The notes: generated from the letters alone by a model not told the origin. A stretch of 36,275 bases of DNA from Gammaproteobacteria bacterium (GCA_041564355.1 JBFGQE010000002.1:1-36275); one strand, 5' to 3'; counted from the first letter of the stretch, positions 17,511 to 26,620 are shown. A program made the numbers and translations.

Positions 17511-18075
17511 TCAGGCCACCATGTCCCGTTCCTGCTCGGACAGGCTGGCCTGAAAAGACGGCCGTGAGAATACCCGCTTCATATAAGTCGTGATCGGCTT
17601 GGCCGATTTCGGCAATTCGATGCCATAGTAGGGCAGACGCCACAGTATCGGTGCGATGCTGCAGTCCAGCAGGCTGAATTCGGTCGACAGAAAGTACGGC
17701 ATCGCGCCGAACACCTCGGACGAGTTGACCAGGCTTTCACCGAGAGCCTTTTTCGCCTGCGCCTTTCGTTTTTCGGTGCCACGCTCGATATCGCCGAGCA
17801 GGCTGAACCAGTCGCTTTCGATGCGGAAAACGCTCGTCGAGATACTCGATCAGAACCCGCGCGTTGTACAGCACCAGGTCACGGTCCACCATGGTCGGGA
17901 CCGTTGCGTAAGGATTCAGATCCAGCAGGTCCTCGGGCAGGTTATTGGTATCCACGTCGTGGATTTCGACAGTGATGTCCTTCTCGGCCAGCACGATCCG
18001 CGCCCGATGACATTCGGGGTCGGTCGGAGAAGAAAAACAGCTCATCACCGAGCGGCGAGTGGCCACGACAGACAT
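17511..18075 (-). pseudogene. sspA: Stringent starvation protein A, disrupted by an internal out-of-frame deletion
   Basis: The N-part is in one frame (18075-17821, ...VLIEYLDERFPH). The C-part is in another frame (17825-17511, RIESDWFSLLGD...FGAMPYFLSTEFSLLDCSIAPILWRLPYYGIELP...). The junction heptamer CCGCATC (17826-17820) is shared by both readings. The conserved linker of about 20 residues between FPH and RIE is missing. Confidence 0.85.
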
Positions 18076-18091
18076 ATTCGATTCCCTCGGA

Positions 18092-18859
18092 TTAGTGTAC
18101 GTCTTTCCAGTATTCTCGCTTCAATAAATAAGCCAGAACCAGGAAACCCAGCAGAAAGATGATAACGCCGGTACCGATACTCTTACGCGTCTCCCGGTAA
18201 GGCTCGGAGAGATAGTCGAGAAACGCGACCAGATCGTAGATCGTATTATCGTACTCGGACGGGCTCATCGAGCCAGGCTTGATGATCTCGAAACCGACGA
18301 TCACATCGGTTTCATCGCCGTTGGCAGCCGTCTCCGTGCGGTATTTCGGCGCCTGCAGCCCCTGCAGTTCAGCGAGCACGTGCGGCATGCCGACGTTGGC
18401 GAACACGCCGTTGTTCACGCCCAAACCCTCGCGACTCTCGTCGACGTAGAAACCGCGCAGGTAGTTGTACAGCCAGTCGACGCCACGTGAGCGCGCCACC
18501 AGGGATAAATCCGGCGGCACGGTGCCGAAGGCTTCCTCGGCGTAAGCCGGCGTCATCGTGGTTTTCATCAATTCGCCGACCTTGGTCTTGTTGCCGTTTA
18601 GATCGGTAGTAAAAATCAGGTTATCGCGCACCAGATCGTCGGGTATACCGAGATCCCGGCCCACCCGGTTGAAACGCGAATAGGCGGCCGAGTGGCAGCT
18701 GAGGCAGTAATTGACGAAGGTGCGGGCGCCGCGTTGCATCGCGGCCTTGTCGCTCCAGTCGATTTCGATATCGTCGTTCGGATAGGTGTAACCGCCACCG
18801 GCGGCCAGCCCCTCGAAGGACAGCATCAAACCCAGCATCAATATCAGGAACTGCCTCAT
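18092..18859 (-). CDS. petC: Ubiquinol-cytochrome c reductase cytochrome c1 subunit
   Basis: The track ORF extends to 19042 inside petB. ATG 18859 gives MRQFLILMLGLMLSFEGLAA (signal peptide) and a TAATG junction with petB. Haem motif CLSCHS and a C-terminal TM anchor. Confidence 0.92.
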   Translation of the reverse strand: MRQFLILMLGLMLSFEGLAAGGGYTYPNDDIEIDWSDKAAMQRGARTFVNYCLSCHSAAYSRFNRVGRDLGIPDDLVRDNLIFTTDLNGNKTKVGELMKTTMTPAYAEEAFGTVPPDLSLVARSRGVDWLYNYLRGFYVDESREGLGVNNGVFANVGMPHVLAELQGLQAPKYRTETAANGDETDVIVGFEIIKPGSMSPSEYDNTIYDLVAFLDYLSEPYRETRKSIGTGVIIFLLGFLVLAYLLKREYWKDVH

Positions 18860-20082
18860 TATCGAACCCTCTCTGGAACCGGTTTGGTCTTTTCGTTCTT
18901 GCTGATCCACCACAGGCCGACGAAAAAGCCGAAATAACCCACGCTGAACAGGCGCGCAAACAACGTGCGTCCCTCGGTCGCGGGCAGCGCGCCCAGGTAG
19001 CCCAGTCCGATAAAGCTGACCACGAGCATGACCAGTAGCCACTTGAACGCCGTGGAACGATAGCGCACCGAGCGCACCTTGCCCCGATCGATCCAGGGCA
19101 GCACGAACAGCACGGCGATTGCAGCAAACATCGCGATGACGCCCAACAGCTTGTCCGGGATTGCGCGCAGAATCGCGTAGTACGGCGTGAAGTACCAGAC
19201 CGGCGCGATGTGCTCGGGCGTCTTGAACTGGTTGGCCGGCACGAAATTCGCGTACTCGAGAAAGTAACCGCCCATTTCCGGGGCGAAGAACACGACCACG
19301 CTGAACAGGATCAGGAACACGACGACTCCGACGATATCCTTGACCGTGTAGTAAGGATGGAACGGAATGCCGTCCAGCGGGACACCGTTTTCGTCCTTGT
19401 TCTTCTTGATCTCGATGCCGTCCGGATTGTTCGAGCCGACCTCGTGCAACGCGATAATGTGCATCACCACGAGCAGCAGCAGCACGATCGGCACGGCGAC
19501 GACGTGCAGCGCGAAGAAGCGGTTCAGCGTGGCGTCGGAGACGACGAAATCACCACGGATCCAGAGCGTCAGGTCGTCGCCGACCAGCGGAATCGCCCCG
19601 AACAGCGAAATGATGACCTGCGCTCCCCAGTAGGACATCTGACCCCAGGGCAGCAGGTATCCCATGAAAGCCTCCGCCATCAGCGCGAGGAAAATGAACA
19701 TGCCGAAAATCCAGATCAGTTCACGCGGTTTCTGGTAAGAACCGTAGATCAGCGCGCGAAACATATGCAGGTAAACCACGATGAAAAACGCCGAGGAGCC
19801 GGTCGAGTGCAGGTAGCGGATCAACCAGCCCCAGTCGACATCGCGCATGATGTACTCGACCGAGCTGAACGCCATTTCGCCATCGGGCTTGTAATGCATG
19901 GTAAGAAAGATCCCGGTGACAATCTGAATGACCAGTACAAGCAGCGCCAGCGAGCCGAAAAAATAAAAGAAATTAAAATTCTTCGGCGCATAGTACTTCG
20001 ACAAATGCTCTTCGAACATCTTGGTCAACGGAAACCGCGCGTCGATCCAACCCAGGAATCCGCCTGTATTCTTGTCGCTCAT
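18859..20082 (-). CDS. petB: Ubiquinol-cytochrome c reductase cytochrome b subunit
   Basis: 407-aa polytopic ORF with typical cytochrome b blocks: WIDARFPLTKM...NFNFFYFFGSLAL..., RYLHSTGSSAFF, PEWYF-like VWYFTPYYAILR. Confidence 0.95.
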   Translation of the reverse strand: MSDKNTGGFLGWIDARFPLTKMFEEHLSKYYAPKNFNFFYFFGSLALLVLVIQIVTGIFLTMHYKPDGEMAFSSVEYIMRDVDWGWLIRYLHSTGSSAFFIVVYLHMFRALIYGSYQKPRELIWIFGMFIFLALMAEAFMGYLLPWGQMSYWGAQVIISLFGAIPLVGDDLTLWIRGDFVVSDATLNRFFALHVVAVPIVLLLLVVMHIIALHEVGSNNPDGIEIKKNKDENGVPLDGIPFHPYYTVKDIVGVVVFLILFSVVVFFAPEMGGYFLEYANFVPANQFKTPEHIAPVWYFTPYYAILRAIPDKLLGVIAMFAAIAVLFVLPWIDRGKVRSVRYRSTAFKWLLVMLVVSFIGLGYLGALPATEGRTLFARLFSVGYFGFFVGLWWISKNEKTKPVPERVR

Positions 20083-20657
20083 TACGCTACTCCATCTTCG
20101 CCAATCAACACCACATCTTCACTGACGAAGTAGTGCGGCGGAACGGTCAGGTTGGTCGGCGCCGGAACACCCGAGTACACGCGACCGGCAAAATCGAACT
20201 TGGAGCCGTGACAGGGGCAGAAAAAGCCGCCCTGAAAATCGGAAGTGATTTCCGGCCTGTAGGTCGGCGAACAGCCCAGGTGGGTGCAGATTCCCTCGAT
20301 AATCAATATTTCCGGTCGACGCGAACGATACTCGTTGGTTGCATACTCGGGCTGAATGCTCTGGTTCGAATCCGGATCGCGCAATTCGTCGATCACCCTG
20401 GGCAGGGTTGCCAGCGCCTTTTCATCGCGCCGCACGACCCAGACCGGCTTGCCTCTCCACTTGACGATGATCTGCTGCCCGGGCTGCAGCTTGCTAATAT
20501 TCGCTTCGACCGGCGCGCCGGCGGTACGGGCCCGAGCGCTCGGCGCCCAGCTGCCGAGAAACGGCACCGCCACGAAAACCGTACCCACGGCTCCCACGAC
20601 CACCGTCCCCGCAGTCAGAAATCGCCTGCGGTTGTTATCAACATCATCTGAAGACAT
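20082..20657 (-). CDS. petA: Ubiquinol-cytochrome c reductase Rieske iron-sulfur subunit
   Basis: 191-aa ORF with a twin-arginine signal anchor (NRRRFLTAG). Rieske boxes CTHLGC and CPCHGS. Confidence 0.95.
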   Translation of the reverse strand: MSSDDVDNNRRRFLTAGTVVVGAVGTVFVAVPFLGSWAPSARARTAGAPVEANISKLQPGQQIIVKWRGKPVWVVRRDEKALATLPRVIDELRDPDSNQSIQPEYATNEYRSRRPEILIIEGICTHLGCSPTYRPEITSDFQGGFFCPCHGSKFDFAGRVYSGVPAPTNLTVPPHYFVSEDVVLIGEDGVA

Positions 20658-20821
20658 TCGAATTCTTCCCCGATTGAAAGATTGGAGTCCCGGGGCAAGA
20701 GGCCTTTGACCCGGGGATAAAAACGGTCGCTAGAATAGCTTACTTTAACTTTTTCGTCGAGGGCATGGGGGCCTAATATCAGCAATTTAGCGCTGTTTTC
20801 GGTAATTTCTTCGAGGCGCCC

Positions 20822-21568
20822 TCAAACCGGGTTGGGGATATCGATAAATTGCCAGGATAACTCGAATCGCCGCGCGATCTCGGCCGCGAGCGCCTGCACG
20901 CCGTAGCGCTCGGTGGCGTGATGGCCGGCGGCGATGTAGTGAATCCCCAGTTCCCGCGCCTGGTGGAAAGTCTGCTCGGATACCTCGCCGCTGACGAACG
21001 CATCCACGCCGCGCGCGGCGGCCACTTCGATAAATCCCTGCGCCGCGCCGGTGCACCAGGCCAGGCGCTCGATCGGATGCTCGCCGGCGCTGATGGCAAG
21101 CGGCCGCGTCTGCAGCCGCGTTTCCAGCTCGGCGCTCAACTCGTCTAGCGATCGAGGCGCCGCGAGCCTGCCTTCGCAGACCAGATCCTGCTCGCCGAAA
21201 CGCGCCTCGCACTGCCAGTCCATGATGCGCGCCAGTTGCGCGTTGTTACCGACTTCGGGATGCACGTCGAGCGGAAGGTGAAACGCGAGCAAATTCATAT
21301 CGTGCCTGATTAAACTGCCAATCCGCCTGCCCCGGGTGCCGGTGATCGGCAACGGTTCACCTTTCCAGAAGTATCCGTGGTGAACCAGCAGCGTATCGGC
21401 ACCGGCCTCGGCGGCCGCGTCGATCAGCGCCTGGCTGGCGGTAACGCCGCAGACCAGGTGACGCACCTCGTCGTTGGCCTCGACCTGTAATCCGTTCGGG
21501 CAGTAGTCGGCGAAGTCGTCCACCCGAAGGTAATCGGCGCAAAAATCACAAAGCTGTCGGAGTTGCAT
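20822..21568 (-). CDS. ybgI: Nif3-like dinuclear metal centre protein (YbgI family)
   Basis: 248-aa ORF with ...NGLQVEA...VCGVTASQALIDAA...ADTLLVHHGYFWKGE... and a C-terminal AAGHHATERYG. Confidence 0.85.
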   Translation of the reverse strand: MQLRQLCDFCADYLRVDDFADYCPNGLQVEANDEVRHLVCGVTASQALIDAAAEAGADTLLVHHGYFWKGEPLPITGTRGRRIGSLIRHDMNLLAFHLPLDVHPEVGNNAQLARIMDWQCEARFGEQDLVCEGRLAAPRSLDELSAELETRLQTRPLAISAGEHPIERLAWCTGAAQGFIEVAAARGVDAFVSGEVSEQTFHQARELGIHYIAAGHHATERYGVQALAAEIARRFELSWQFIDIPNPV

Positions 21569-21611
21569 TGCGGTAAATCCTGTGCTGTCGACGCTATGAT
21601 ACTATCGCCCG

Positions 21612-22757
21612 ATGAAACTAATCAAAGCGGTTCTTTTCCTGCTGCAGTTCGGCCTGATCGGGCTTGCGCTGGCGGTGATTTACGTGGTCTGGACCAGCGA
21701 CCGCAGCAAGGACGAGCTGGTCAGTTTCCTGTCCTCGTCGCAAGCCGTGACGCAGGGTACCGACGGCTTTACCTATTCCTATGCCGACGCGGTAGAGTCT
21801 TCGGCCGCATCGGTGGTCACGATCTACACCTCGAAAAAGGTGCGCGCGAAGACGCATCCGCTGCTCGAGGATCCGATCTTCGGCCAGATATTCGGCGACC
21901 AGTTGCAGCGCCGCGACCGCAGTCGCGACCAGTTCAACCTCGGCTCCGGCGTGATCATCGGCAACGAGGGTTACATCCTGACCAACCAGCATGTCATTGA
22001 CGGCGCCGATGAAATCCTGATTGCGCTCGCCGACGGTCGCGGCAGCGAGGCGGTGCTGGTCGGCCAGGACAAGGATACCGATATCGCCGTGCTGCAGATA
22101 CCGCTCGAGGGGATGAACGGCATTCGCGTTGCCGAATCTCGACCGCTGCGCGTCGGTGACGTGGTGCTGGCAATCGGTAATCCACTCAACGTCGGCCAGA
22201 CCGTCACCATGGGCATCGTCAGCGCCACCGGGCGCAACCGTATCGGCCTGAACACTTTCGAGAACTTCATCCAGACCGACGCGGCGATCAATCCCGGCAA
22301 CTCCGGCGGCGCGCTGGTCAACGCCCGCGGCGAGTTGATCGGTATCAATACCGCAATCTTCAGCCAGGCAGCGGGCGCGCAGGGTATCGGCTTCGCGATC
22401 CCAACCGGAATCGCGCTGGATATCATGCGCCAGATCATAGACTCCGGCCAGGTCTCGCGTGGCTGGCTCGGGGTCGAGGGCACCGAGATTACCGCGAGCG
22501 CTGCCGTCGCAACCGGGAACCCGGCTATCCGCGGGGCCCTCATCGTCGGCGTGTTCATGGACAGTCCGGCCGAGAAAGCGGGCATCCGCGCCGGCGATGT
22601 CATCGTCGAGGTCGACGGTGCATCGATCCAGGGAATCCGCGACCTGCTGGACCAGATCACGATGCAGGCCCCCGGTGACGAGGTCGAGGTCAAACTGTAC
22701 CGGGGACGGCAGGAACTGACCCTGAAAATGCAGGTCGTGCAGCGACCGCAGGGCTGA
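21612..22757 (+). CDS. algW: Periplasmic S1C serine endoprotease, DegS/AlgW type (one PDZ)
   Basis: 381-aa ORF with an N-terminal TM anchor. Catalytic blocks TNQHVI (His), DTDIAVLQ (Asp) and GNSGGAL (Ser). Single C-terminal PDZ (GVFMDSPAEKAGIRAGDVIVEVDG). Confidence 0.88.
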   Translation: MKLIKAVLFLLQFGLIGLALAVIYVVWTSDRSKDELVSFLSSSQAVTQGTDGFTYSYADAVESSAASVVTIYTSKKVRAKTHPLLEDPIFGQIFGDQLQRRDRSRDQFNLGSGVIIGNEGYILTNQHVIDGADEILIALADGRGSEAVLVGQDKDTDIAVLQIPLEGMNGIRVAESRPLRVGDVVLAIGNPLNVGQTVTMGIVSATGRNRIGLNTFENFIQTDAAINPGNSGGALVNARGELIGINTAIFSQAAGAQGIGFAIPTGIALDIMRQIIDSGQVSRGWLGVEGTEITASAAVATGNPAIRGALIVGVFMDSPAEKAGIRAGDVIVEVDGASIQGIRDLLDQITMQAPGDEVEVKLYRGRQELTLKMQVVQRPQG

Positions 22758-22793
22758 GCCTCGGGAAGCGATTACCGTCGGACTTGGATCGAC

Positions 22794-24308
22794 CTAGTCG
22801 AGTTCGACCTCGTCAGCGACGCCGTCGGGCGGTACATCGTCTTCGATCTCGACAAATCCTCCGCCCGCCAGGTCGAGCGCATCGAAAAATTCGGTCGAGT
22901 TCGCGTACCCCTCGAATACGGTGCCCAGCAACGGGTCCGGGTCAACCATGTACTCGATTCCCAGGACCGTGATGGAGAAATCCCGCGTGTAGCTGTCAAT
23001 AGCGCCCTCAAGCTTCAGGTCTTCGGGGTCGACGCGCTTGACGATGCTCGCGATAACCTCGCCATTCACTTCCTGGCCCTCGACGCGAACGAAGTTGGTT
23101 GCCTGCAGCTGGTTCAGGTTAAAGTTCTGTACCGCGCCGGTATCGTCCTTGAACAACGTCTGGCCGTTCGTCCTGACCGAAACGGTTCCGGCCAGGGGAA
23201 GATAACTGACCTCGAAACGATTGTCGTTCGCGTCGACGAAATTGACGAAAGTGCGCAACTTGGTTTCACCCTGCCTGAGTTCGACCTCGTCGGCGATCAG
23301 CGTGCCACCGACGATCTCGCCCTCGACCTCGACCTCGACGCCATTTGCAACGATCGCACCTTCGGGCGAAATTCGCGCATCGCTCGCGTTGACCCGCTGC
23401 GCGCCGATAAAGAAATCCGCATCGATATCGGTAAAGCCGGAAACGATCCCTTGCAGGCTGATATCGTCGACGTTTTCGTCGAAGTCCTCGTCTTCATACT
23501 CGACCTCATCGGCAATCACCGACAGATCGTTCTGAATAACGCCCTTTACTTCGACGTATAAATCCTCAACCAGGACGTCGCCCGGCACATCTAGTTCGGT
23601 CGCAGCATTGGTAAATATATCGGGGCCGGTGCCATCAATTTGAAAGTTTTCGTCCGGGGGCGTGCCCGACAGGTTCTTGATCGCACCGCGCAGTTCAACC
23701 TGCGTCGATCCCGGAATCAGATCGTCGCGGAATTTCACGTAGGTCGCGACAATGTCGACCCCGGAGGACGCGGGGGACCTGAATCCACTGACTTCGACGA
23801 TGTCGGGTACATTCGGATCGCCCTCCATGCCGATCTGGGTGAAGCTGGTATCTTCAAATATCGTCTTGGTTTCATCGATCGCGATCGTCTTGCCAAAAAC
23901 ACTGAAGGTTCTTCCCCCGTCGACGGGTATGCTGACCGCGGTAACCGGGCCCTCGATTTCGTCGTCGTATATGACCTTCAATGCCTTGCCGGTGTAGGCC
24001 CCGTCCTGGGTCTCGACTTCGAGCCTGACCACCATGCCGACAGCGAGATCATCCTGTCCGATGCCCGCCCCCGATGCGCCGTCGACAATGAACTGGCTGC
24101 TGCTCGTATCGTAACGGTTGCCGTTGACGTAGACGCTGCCGAAGCCGGTAATCGTGCCAAACACGATGCCGGTGCCACCGATTCCGGCCGAAACGATCGC
24201 GCTGACAACGCTACTGCTGCCACCGCAAGCGCTGAGCAGCAGGCCTGAAAGCAGGAGCGATGCGATGGTAACGCCCGGCTTCACCTTTTTTTGCCTCGGT
24301 TGTGTCAT
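22794..24308 (-). CDS. Acidic six-module lipoprotein B (DUF5666-like repeats), function unknown
   Basis: 504-aa ORF with a signal peptide and lipobox LLLSAC. The mature N-terminus is CGGSSS. Signature ITGFGSVYVNG. Six beta-rich modules ending in VEVxG...ADEVE-type strands. C-terminal FFDAL...GFVEIEDD...EVELD. The ATG overlaps the preceding stop (ATGA). Confidence 0.8.
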   Translation of the reverse strand: MTQPRQKKVKPGVTIASLLLSGLLLSACGGSSSVVSAIVSAGIGGTGIVFGTITGFGSVYVNGNRYDTSSSQFIVDGASGAGIGQDDLAVGMVVRLEVETQDGAYTGKALKVIYDDEIEGPVTAVSIPVDGGRTFSVFGKTIAIDETKTIFEDTSFTQIGMEGDPNVPDIVEVSGFRSPASSGVDIVATYVKFRDDLIPGSTQVELRGAIKNLSGTPPDENFQIDGTGPDIFTNAATELDVPGDVLVEDLYVEVKGVIQNDLSVIADEVEYEDEDFDENVDDISLQGIVSGFTDIDADFFIGAQRVNASDARISPEGAIVANGVEVEVEGEIVGGTLIADEVELRQGETKLRTFVNFVDANDNRFEVSYLPLAGTVSVRTNGQTLFKDDTGAVQNFNLNQLQATNFVRVEGQEVNGEVIASIVKRVDPEDLKLEGAIDSYTRDFSITVLGIEYMVDPDPLLGTVFEGYANSTEFFDALDLAGGGFVEIEDDVPPDGVADEVELD

Positions 24309-25105
24309 GTCTTGTCTTCCTGTTCCTTCGCGTCGGGCTCGTGGTAAAACACGCTCACGCTGAGCTCGACGCTCTCTTCGTCGTTCGATTCGTGCTGCGC
24401 GAGGTACAGGTCGACTTCTTCGAGGAAGGCCTGGCCCTTGCGCTTCAAGAACTGTTTTATTTCCGGCACCGCGGCCGGCGCGACCTGCGGGTTCGATGCC
24501 TTGCGCTGAAAGCGCAGATCGGCCTCGTTCGCGGTCAGGTTGTAATCAATGGTTTCGATCAGCTGCGCGGCATCGGTGCCGAGGATTTTCAATTTCTCCT
24601 CCGGATCATCGGACGGCAGGTAGGCGTGACTCAGCAGGCGCAGCCGGTTGTCGTCGGTGAAACGGATATTGTTCGAACTTAGTAACACTTTCTGCATCGC
24701 CGCGACCGGCATGTCGCCGCTGTATTGCCTCACCAACTCGCTGAACGAATCCTGGCCCTCGTATTCCAGGTCGCGCGGATTTCCATCCTTGCGCAGAAAT
24801 CGCGGGTCATTGATCCAGCCACCGAGCACCCGTACCGCCCGATTGTACTGCTGGCTGGCCAATTCACCTTGATCGGCGTCACGCTCGTGCAATTTCTTGA
24901 CTTCCTTGCGATTCATCCCGGTCAGGATCGCAACATGGGATATGGTCTGCTTTTTTCCACGCGGGGCGAACTCGTCGAAGGCGACATCGACGAAACTCTC
25001 CCGCGCGATGCGGTCGAACTCGCCGTAGGACATGCCGTTGCGCAGCAAGGTTTTCGCCAGAGCCATCAGTATTTTTCTCAGTGTGTTTCGCAGCGTTTCT
25101 TGCAT
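24305..25105 (-). CDS. Uncharacterised cytoplasmic protein with helix-turn-helix motif
   Basis: The track ORF starts at 25243, overlapping the upstream gene with an R/S-rich, non-coding-looking extension. ATG 25105 gives the 266-aa MQETLRNTLRKILMALAKTLLRNGMSYGEFDRIARESF.... HTH-like stretch KQTISHVAILTGMNRKEVKKL. No signal peptide. I do not recognise the family. Confidence 0.7.
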   Translation of the reverse strand: MQETLRNTLRKILMALAKTLLRNGMSYGEFDRIARESFVDVAFDEFAPRGKKQTISHVAILTGMNRKEVKKLHERDADQGELASQQYNRAVRVLGGWINDPRFLRKDGNPRDLEYEGQDSFSELVRQYSGDMPVAAMQKVLLSSNNIRFTDDNRLRLLSHAYLPSDDPEEKLKILGTDAAQLIETIDYNLTANEADLRFQRKASNPQVAPAAVPEIKQFLKRKGQAFLEEVDLYLAQHESNDEESVELSVSVFYHEPDAKEQEDKT

Positions 25106-25118
25106 GGTGTCCAGAGTC

Positions 25119-25154
25119 AGAAGCCCGAGGTCCAATTTCAACACACGGGCTTCT
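25119..25154 (-). other. Intercistronic stem-loop between lipoprotein A and the HTH gene
   Basis: AGAAGCCCG (25119-25127) pairs with CGGGCTTCT (25146-25154): a 9-bp perfect stem with an 18-nt loop and no T-run. It lies in the 55-nt gap. Confidence 0.4.
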
Positions 25155-25160
25155 CGTTCA

Positions 25161-26573
25161 CTAGTCTTCCAGCTCGGCTTTGTCGAAAACGCCGTTGCTG
25201 TCCGAATCCTCGATTTCGATAAATCGACCGACCGCGAGCGCATCGAAAAACGCCTCGGCAGTCATATTTACATCGTTTTCGTCTTCGAAAGTCGCCGCGG
25301 AAAGATCGAAATCGATTCCCAGCAGGCGTACCTTGCGGGTGGTCTTGACGAAATCCTGAAGCGGCGCCTCGATTTCGATTTCGTTGGCTGACTCGCGTTC
25401 GATTTCGACCGCATTGATCACTCCCGAACCGTCCCCGAAAGCCTCGAGCTCAACGAAGTTACCCGCGGAGAAATCAGCCAGTTGCGTGACCGGGTTTCCG
25501 GTTTGGTCTTCCAGTTCGGTCTGCGCGCTGACCCGAGCGACAACATCGCTGCCGTTAAACCTGAAGGTGACGCGATCGCTGCCCACTGCCGCAAGCGGCG
25601 CGCTGATCTTGATCTTGTTGCCGCGCTGCTTGACCTTGTCGGCAAACAGCACGCCTTTGACCACCTGCCCTTCGACTTCGACGGTCACGCCGTCGTCCAG
25701 TACCAGCGAGGTGGGAAAAAGCACCGCGCCACCGGCATCCACCGGCATACCCTGGACAATAAAACTGTCGTCGGCGGGATCGAAATCTGAAATAACGCCC
25801 TCGATTTCGAATTCGTCCACATCGTCGAAATCGTCGTCCTCGCCCTCTATCTTGTCCGCGATCAGCGACGTGCCGGCGCCATCGAGACGGCCCTCGACCT
25901 CGACCAGCAAATCGTCCGCCAGCGTGGAAATATCCTCCCGCTCGGTCGCGGTATCGTAACTGACCGGAAATCCGTTGATCGTGAAACTGGTCATGGTCAG
26001 ATTGTCGATCCGACCGCGAATCTCGATCTCGTCATCGTTGGCCTGCAATTCGACATGGGTCGCGACCAGCCCCGAGTCCGTGGTAAACCCGCTGACCTCG
26101 AGTACGTCACCCAGGGCGACCGTGGCGAAGCTCAATCCGCCATCGTCGTCGAAGATCGTATTCGCGTTGATTTCAACATTTTGTCCGAGGATCAGCAGCG
26201 TCTTGCGGGTCAGGTCAAGCGGATCAGGAGTAATACTGGCGACCGGGCCCTTGAGTTCATTGTCGTACTCGATGTGCTCGGCGCGCCAGTTGCGCCGATC
26301 GTCGGTGGAGCCGCGTACGGTTACGACCATGCCGATTCGAAGTTCGGCCTCGCTGCCAGGATTGTCGTCGACGATAAAGCGTGTACCGCCGGTATGGAAG
26401 CGAATGCCGTTGACATAGACGCTGCCGAATCCGGTAATCATGCCGCGGCTCGCAATCGAATCGATACGGGTATCGTCGGAATCCGAAGACGACCCGCCAC
26501 AGCCTGAAGCCATCGCGGCAAGCATCGCCAGCGCGATCGCGGAGATTTTACAGGTCGGTCCATTCAGTTTCAT
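25161..26573 (-). CDS. Acidic six-module lipoprotein A (DUF5666-like repeats), function unknown
   Basis: 470-aa ORF with a signal peptide and lipobox AMASGC. The mature N-terminus is CGGSSS. Signature ITGFGSVYVNG. Colinear with protein B, module for module. C-terminal FFDALAVGRFIEIEDSD...AELED. SD GAGGTG lies 4 nt before the ATG. Confidence 0.8.
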   Translation of the reverse strand: MKLNGPTCKISAIALAMLAAMASGCGGSSSDSDDTRIDSIASRGMITGFGSVYVNGIRFHTGGTRFIVDDNPGSEAELRIGMVVTVRGSTDDRRNWRAEHIEYDNELKGPVASITPDPLDLTRKTLLILGQNVEINANTIFDDDGGLSFATVALGDVLEVSGFTTDSGLVATHVELQANDDEIEIRGRIDNLTMTSFTINGFPVSYDTATEREDISTLADDLLVEVEGRLDGAGTSLIADKIEGEDDDFDDVDEFEIEGVISDFDPADDSFIVQGMPVDAGGAVLFPTSLVLDDGVTVEVEGQVVKGVLFADKVKQRGNKIKISAPLAAVGSDRVTFRFNGSDVVARVSAQTELEDQTGNPVTQLADFSAGNFVELEAFGDGSGVINAVEIERESANEIEIEAPLQDFVKTTRKVRLLGIDFDLSAATFEDENDVNMTAEAFFDALAVGRFIEIEDSDSNGVFDKAELED

Positions 26574-26585
26574 TTTTCACCTCAA

Positions 26586-26603
26586 TTGGGATTTTATTCC
26601 CAA
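26586..26603. promoter_or_regulatory. Proximal 18-bp palindrome TTGGGA-TTTTAT-TCCCAA (operator candidate)
   Basis: Perfect 6-bp arms. In gene orientation it reads TTGGGAATAAAATCCCAA, with the spacer containing TAAAAT. It ends 2 nt upstream of the SD of lipoprotein A. Confidence 0.55.
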
Positions 26604-26620
26604 AATAATAAAAAGTCTTT

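Noticed and set aside
17800-17840. sspA frame change as programmed ribosomal frameshifting.
   Set aside because: There is no slippery heptamer or downstream structure. About 20 conserved residues are physically missing, which a frameshift would not explain.
20351-20375. tRNA-like T-arm TCTGG-TTCGAAT-CCGGA on the plus strand.
   Set aside because: It lies inside the well-supported petA coding sequence. No complementary acceptor 5' strand (TGCGCGA) or anticodon arm is found at the right distance upstream.
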